Shown here: one piece after another, positions 59,201 to 64,000 of the stretch | How positions within the stretch are numbered: the first letter of the stretch is position 1 | Layout: the number at the start of each line of letters is the position of its first letter | From: Macrostomum hystrix | Lineage: Eukaryota > Animalia > Platyhelminthes | Reading direction: 5' to 3' | Assembly (NCBI GenBank): GCA_950097015.1 | Contig: CATNEN010000041.1 | Location: forward strand, 434,001-498,000 | Length of the DNA: 64,000 nucleotides | Program-made: the position numbers and the translations under genes | Notes under the pieces: generated by a model | Databases searched by the model: none | Seen by the model: the letters and a program-made list of their open reading frames with translations, nothing else | What the model was told of the DNA's origin: nothing

Positions 59201-60047
59201 CGCCTCGCTGGCAACTTGCGGCAGTCGCTGGCGCAAGCTCTCGGCCAGGTCTGGAGCCACGGCCTGCAGCTTCATGCTCAGGTCGGACTGCTTGGCATAA
59301 AGCTTCTGAAAGCTGGTCCACAGCGGGTCGTTCTTCTTCTTTAGACCATTGAGGAAGGCGTTGAATTCCTGCTCCGTCAGCTGGGGCGGTAGCTTTGAAC
59401 CGCCGAGTTTCTCACCAATGAGCACCTACGAGATGGCGCGGTGTGTAAGCTAATAAACTGAACAATGCCATTAGACAGACGGGGCTTCGGTTGAGTTTCC
59501 ACGAGCAGCAAGAATCCGATGGCTCACCAGTGCGCTGGGCCCGTCACTGGTCTCGAAGCAGGCGTCGCTGTCGCGAATCCAGTCCTGAACGGACCGCTTG
59601 GGCAGCTTCACTCCGGGTGAGTTTTGCAGCGGATCAATCAGCTGTCCAATAAGGATTAGGGAAAGTTCACTTTAAAACGGAATGATCATGATATTAGTGC
59701 ATACTTGCTAGATTATGATCGCGCTTCTTACCAGAAAGTCAGTGGAGAATGTTTCGATGCAGAACTTCCTGAGCTGCGGAGTGACCACGTTATGCAGGAT
59801 GGACTTCTCGACTTCAAATTCTGTATTTTTTGAGACAGTGGGATTTTCAGCGGGTTATGTGACAGGATCAGGTTTACAACGTTCAGTTTCTGGGGAACCA
59901 AAATCAACCGAGGATTATTCAACCGAGTTTCACTTTTTTTTAAACAGTAAAGATAAAAACCTCAAGAACAGTTTAGAAAACCGACTCACCGCCCTCGTTG
60001 GCGAACAGGAAGATGCGAACCTCGCGTCTGAGTCTCCGGCTCGCCAT
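53284..60047 (-). CDS. NWD1/NWD2-like NACHT- and WD-repeat STAND NTPase, about 1804 aa, 5 exons
   Basis: Exons 60047-59990, 59820-59732, 59641-59528, 59425-59149, 58160-53284 are all GT-AG with consistent phases. N-terminus VRIFLFANEG|EFEVEKSILHNVVTPQLRKFC (DUF4062-like), Walker A GDHGSGKT, Walker B LLIVLDDID, SCSRFGLSLSELQDVLSLD, TWAH, NSRKLSELTYSL...LFNFDYLYAKL, then a long beta-rich region. Confidence 0.85.
58213..58671. repeat. 16-bp minisatellite (about 28 copies) in NWD intron 4
   Basis: Near-perfect TGCTAAATTCTAAACA units. Confidence 0.98.
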
Positions 60048-61551
60048 CCTCTGTAGGCAAGTGCGGCGAGGGACGTAGCGGCTTTAACAAACACAAAACA
60101 GAAAACAATCCACCGCAACGGCTGTTGTGCGAAGTGTGCACCCAGCTACCCAGGTTTGCTTGCCGAGCACCGATGCGCATTTCTAGCAGCTTAAAGAGGA
60201 GGCCAACGGTGGGGCGGGTGCGCTTGGCGATGCAGACTCTTGGCTGGCATGGCAACGCTGCTCAGCTGCCAGCCGTGGGCCCGCTATTCTTTCCATTCTG
60301 TCTTCGCTGTTGCTCAGAGCCATAAGCTGCTCGCAGCCTGCAGTGGGCAACTGTGTCCGAGCAGAGAGAGCACGGCAGTGTACACAGAGCCCGCACCTGT
60401 CTCTGAAGCATTCTTTCAGCCTTAGGTGTCTACCTGGTGGTGTTTGGGGTGGATAGTTCTCAGCATTGTCTCCAACGCAGGCTCAAATAGTATCTTAGAT
60501 AAAAATTTTGCACTCGCTAGCGTGCAACAGCTTTTCCGAGAAAATACATCTGAGCTGGGCGTTCTCGGTAGAAAATGGTCTTGCCAGAGCCGCCGGTTAA
60601 GTAAATTGGAGTGCCTCTAGAGATGGAGCCAGGAGGCTTTGAGACTGGACTAAGTTTTATGAGGGACTTGGGTTCCTGCGGGCCATTTCGGTCCAAATCA
60701 ATGAAGAAAATTGTTCAAACCAGTGCTCAAGATGACGTCTTCAGGCTGGAAAGCTCGCGGCGAGACTGCCAGATGAGCTCTCCGAAGCGGGGGGAGCTCA
60801 AACTTGCGAAAGTCTTGCACCGATCTCTAATTTGAAAACTAAGATTGAAATCTCATGGAAATATTCTGGCATTTGTTTGATTTGTTGTGCTGAAGACCAA
60901 GCGATCTTGTCAAGTAGAAGAAAAACAGACCTGCACCTTGAATTTCGACATCAGGTATCGAAATAAGGTGAACAGAGGCATTGAAATGATCGAGTGCAGC
61001 AATCCTCTAATACATCCACACCTGTGTTCGCAATAACGGACAACGGGAATGCTAATGAATGGGCAGCCGTCAGGGTCCGGGTTGGAATTTGTGGGAGTCA
61101 TCAGCGTGCATATTTTGATCTCGCAGCGAGGGCAGAATTCGATAAAGCTACGGCACTTGCGAACCAATCGATGCCCGGAAACAAAGGGCGTGAGGGCCGT
61201 CCCAAGCCAGTGGTCTAAAGGCAACGGAGGTGGGGGTCAGTTGTGGCAGGTACCTCACGGCCCGCGGCAACTGCTGTGAGGAAGCACAGGGGTGGGTAAA
61301 TCGGGAGTTGGACGGCCACTGGGCGAGATGCTGAAGGCCAATAGGAGTTGCGCCTCGGGACAGTTAAGACTCTCCGTCAAAGAGGCCCAGGAGAGCTAGT
61401 ATCTGAGGGTAGCGATAGAGAAGCAGACGCAGAGGAAATTGAGAGAAAGGCAAACGCTTTGCGGTAGACAGCCGCAAACTAATAGCTTTTGCCTCTCTGA
61501 ATATTCGATTCAGTGCTCTGTCCCCTCCTGTAGGCTCACCGCACAGCCGTC

Positions 61552-62940
61552 ATGTTTGAGGGCGCCTTCATCAGGCGGCGTTACCAGCTGAACGACAGCG
61601 AGTGCGGCCCGATCCGTGCGATGTTCAACCGCAGCGGCGGCGATCTGCTCCGCCTGGTCAGCAAATCCTGCGATTCCACCGACGTGCTGATGTCCTACGC
61701 GCTGCTGCCGGCCTCCCTGATGGCTCTGCTGCTCAGCCTGACCGCCTTGCAGGTCCTGCGCTCGCGCCGACACAGGCGCAACGCATTCCGCTTCTCCCTG
61801 GCTGCGCTGAGCGCCTGCCAGTGCCTGTACCTGCTGTGCGCCACCTTAGACTTTGTCAATCTGGCTAGCGGGGCCTGCCTGTACTGGTCCCAGCCGGACA
61901 AGCACTCCAGGGTTCTGCTGGCGGCCATTGTGTGCTGCCTGGGCGACAGTTTTCTGGGCCTGCGCAACTGGTGCTACGTGCTGATCACGGCCCAGCGGGC
62001 GGAGGCTTTGGCCTGTCCGCTGCGGGGCCAGAAACTGCTCAGACCGCGAAACTTCCTGCTCGGACTGGGCTTGGCCTGGCTCACTGCTCTGGTGCTGGCT
62101 GCCACCAGGTCTCTGGCCGAGGTGTTCGTCATCTGCGAAGACACCGCAGCCGGTCGGGTGATCGGCCACGTTGGACTGCCGGTGTCCGGAGGCCAGGCCT
62201 CCAACTGGAAGAAACAGGATGCGCTAGCAGCAACAGCGGACTCGACAACAACTGCGTGGCCGCGCGAGGAGATGGAGACGGCAGCGGGTGGTGCCGCAAG
62301 CGAGGACGTCTCGCAGACGTACACCTTCTTGAGCAGCGGCTGGTTCACCACGTTTGAGGTCGGCGCTTATTTCCTCTACCAGACCAACGTTCCGATTGTG
62401 CTCGTTGTATTCTTTACCATAGTCATGGTCGTCAAGATGTTTAGCAATAGCCACGACAGTCCGCAGGGGCAGCTGCAACAGCATCAGCGACGGCAACCGC
62501 CTCGGCAGCCGAGGTTTCGGCAGGACCAGCAGCAGCAGCTGCAGGAGCCGCAACACAATTTAGTGCAGACAACCCGGATGCGGAACAACAAGCTCTGCGC
62601 CAGCCGCACCGTCCTCTGCATGGCGCTGGTCTTCTCCGTGCTTCACCTGCCTTCCTTCGTTGGCACCGCGCTGCAGAACTTCTACCCAAGCTTCGAAATA
62701 ACCAGCGCATTCGGCAAGGCCTTCCAAGGCGTCTGCGAGGTCAGCCTGCTGCTCGACTTCATCTGCACCGTCCTGGTGCTGATCGCCTTCTTGCCAGAGT
62801 TCAAGCATGTGTGCTGCGCCAGCTGCTGCTGCTGCTGCTGGAGGTTGTTGCGGCGCCAGCCGCGACCAGCACAGCGGCAGGCGGCCTGCAGGCAACGCGC
62901 CAGGCGCCAGATGTCACCGATGGCCGACGAAGCAGTCTGA
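61552..62940 (+). CDS. Intronless class A (rhodopsin-like) GPCR, probable peptide/orphan receptor
   Basis: 462 aa with seven hydrophobic segments, N-terminal NDS/NRS sequons, TM3 end LITAQRAEALACPL, TM5 YQTNVPIVLVVFFT, TM6 VFSVLHLP and a C-terminal Cys cluster. An acceptor-like CCTGTAG lies about 20 nt before the ATG. Confidence 0.85.
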   Translation: MFEGAFIRRRYQLNDSECGPIRAMFNRSGGDLLRLVSKSCDSTDVLMSYALLPASLMALLLSLTALQVLRSRRHRRNAFRFSLAALSACQCLYLLCATLDFVNLASGACLYWSQPDKHSRVLLAAIVCCLGDSFLGLRNWCYVLITAQRAEALACPLRGQKLLRPRNFLLGLGLAWLTALVLAATRSLAEVFVICEDTAAGRVIGHVGLPVSGGQASNWKKQDALAATADSTTTAWPREEMETAAGGAASEDVSQTYTFLSSGWFTTFEVGAYFLYQTNVPIVLVVFFTIVMVVKMFSNSHDSPQGQLQQHQRRQPPRQPRFRQDQQQQLQEPQHNLVQTTRMRNNKLCASRTVLCMALVFSVLHLPSFVGTALQNFYPSFEITSAFGKAFQGVCEVSLLLDFICTVLVLIAFLPEFKHVCCASCCCCCWRLLRRQPRPAQRQAACRQRARRQMSPMADEAV

Positions 62941-63703
62941 CCCGGGTCACCTGACAAAATATTTTGGTCTTTTGATTCAAGTATCAGCCCCTCATGGCGA
63001 AAATTCTCACAGGTCAAGTGTCTGATTTATAGATACGCGTTTGATTTGTACTTTTGTTTGTCCCAGAACATTTAATGTCATTTAGAGCTATCGAAGGGAT
63101 AAAATTCAAACACACGCTCGTATTTAATATAAAATAATAGAGAATTCGTTATAATCGGCATGAGCATTTTCTGTTGCTAACCTACCCAGCATTGTCGCGA
63201 ATTTTACAGGAAATTCACTGACTTCCGTAGTTTCCTTGATCAAGAATAAAAGCACAATTGCATCTCTGTACTGGCTCCCTGGGGCGGGGCCCTGACTCAC
63301 ATTGGCTTTCAATCTGGCATCTCCATGCTGCTTGCCTCTGCCGCAAGTTTGACTTTTTTGAACGCGTGACATTGCTCAGAACTCCAGGAAGAGGGAGAGA
63401 AGGCGGGAACACCCGAGCCAAGAGCAGCCCTCACTGAACTGCCTGGGGAAAGAGAGCTGGGAGAGCCGTGGCCGCTAGTCTGAGCCCCTCTAATCTGATA
63501 AAAAATTTCACCTCTGAGGACAAAATTAAAAAGCTGAAATGCGCACCGGTCCGCCGCGGGTCACGGCTTTTTGTGTGCTGATCCCGCTGCCCCCTTGCCT
63601 GAACCCGCTGCTCCCGCACTCTGATCTTAAGGCCTCCTGCCTGCCACGTCTCGGGTTGCAGTTTAGCAGAGCAGATTGCAGTTCCCATCTGAGACTGGAA
63701 TGC

Positions 63704-63706
<3 letters not shown>

Positions 63707-63754
<48 letters not shown>
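63707..63754. repeat. (CAG)16 microsatellite
   Basis: Perfect trinucleotide run. Confidence 0.98.
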
Positions 63755-63755
<1 letters not shown>

Positions 63756-63928
63756 GGTGATTGACTTTCACTCCCATCAGTAAACATTGTTAGAAGCAGA
63801 GTTATGCGCGAGTTCTGCCACCCCGCATCCTCACAAGCATTCTCGCGTGTATGACACAGACATAAGAGCTCACTCCCCCACTTAACAGACGTCGACTTCA
63901 CATGTCAGCTGGGATTTGACTGGATGGA

Positions 63929-64000
63929 TCAGATGACTGCTGTGTCAGATGACTGCTGTGTCAGATGACTGCTGTGTCAGATGACTGCTGTGTCAGATGA
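63929..64000. repeat. 16-bp tandem repeat running off the window end
   Basis: Unit TCAGATGACTGCTGTG, about 4.5 copies visible. Confidence 0.9.

Noticed and set aside
60910-61279. Short Cys-containing ORFs between NWD and the GPCR
   Set aside because: They overlap on both strands with no family signature; more likely shared promoter/UTR DNA.
63431-63901. Poly-Leu ORF as a secreted or membrane protein
   Set aside because: The hydrophobic stretch is just the (CTG)16 microsatellite; the start is non-ATG and no motif is present.

Overview
Eukaryotic (animal) genomic DNA with GT-AG introns, GC-rich exons full of Gln/Ala runs, AT-rich intergenic DNA and many minisatellites. The style suggests a flatworm such as Macrostomum; this is inference only. 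Genes rebuilt by hand from splice signals and recalled family motifs: SMG9 (+), a neuron-navigator/unc-53 orthologue (+, with a 1-nt frameshift), PTPDC1 (+), a GPI-anchored Ly6/uPAR three-finger protein (+), a peroxisomal ABCD1/2-type transporter (-), an about 1800-aa NWD-type NACHT/WD40 STAND protein (-) and an intronless class A GPCR (+). Three further ORFs have no recognisable family: a TM/polyQ protein, an antisense ORF at 14.9-15.4 kb and a two-exon orphan at 35.5-37.4 kb. Mobile DNA: the right end of a MULE, a related MITE with an 8-bp TSD, a decayed LINE RT and a tRNA-derived SINE with a CORE-like centre. There is no CRISPR array or prokaryotic system. The most unusual signals are intron-private tandem arrays (some built from splice-site-like units or open in frame with catalytic exons), a 57-bp captured gene fragment beside the LINE, the ATGA stop-start/frameshift in the navigator gene, and the divergent STAND receptor. 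All homology calls come from recalled motifs; no database search was run.
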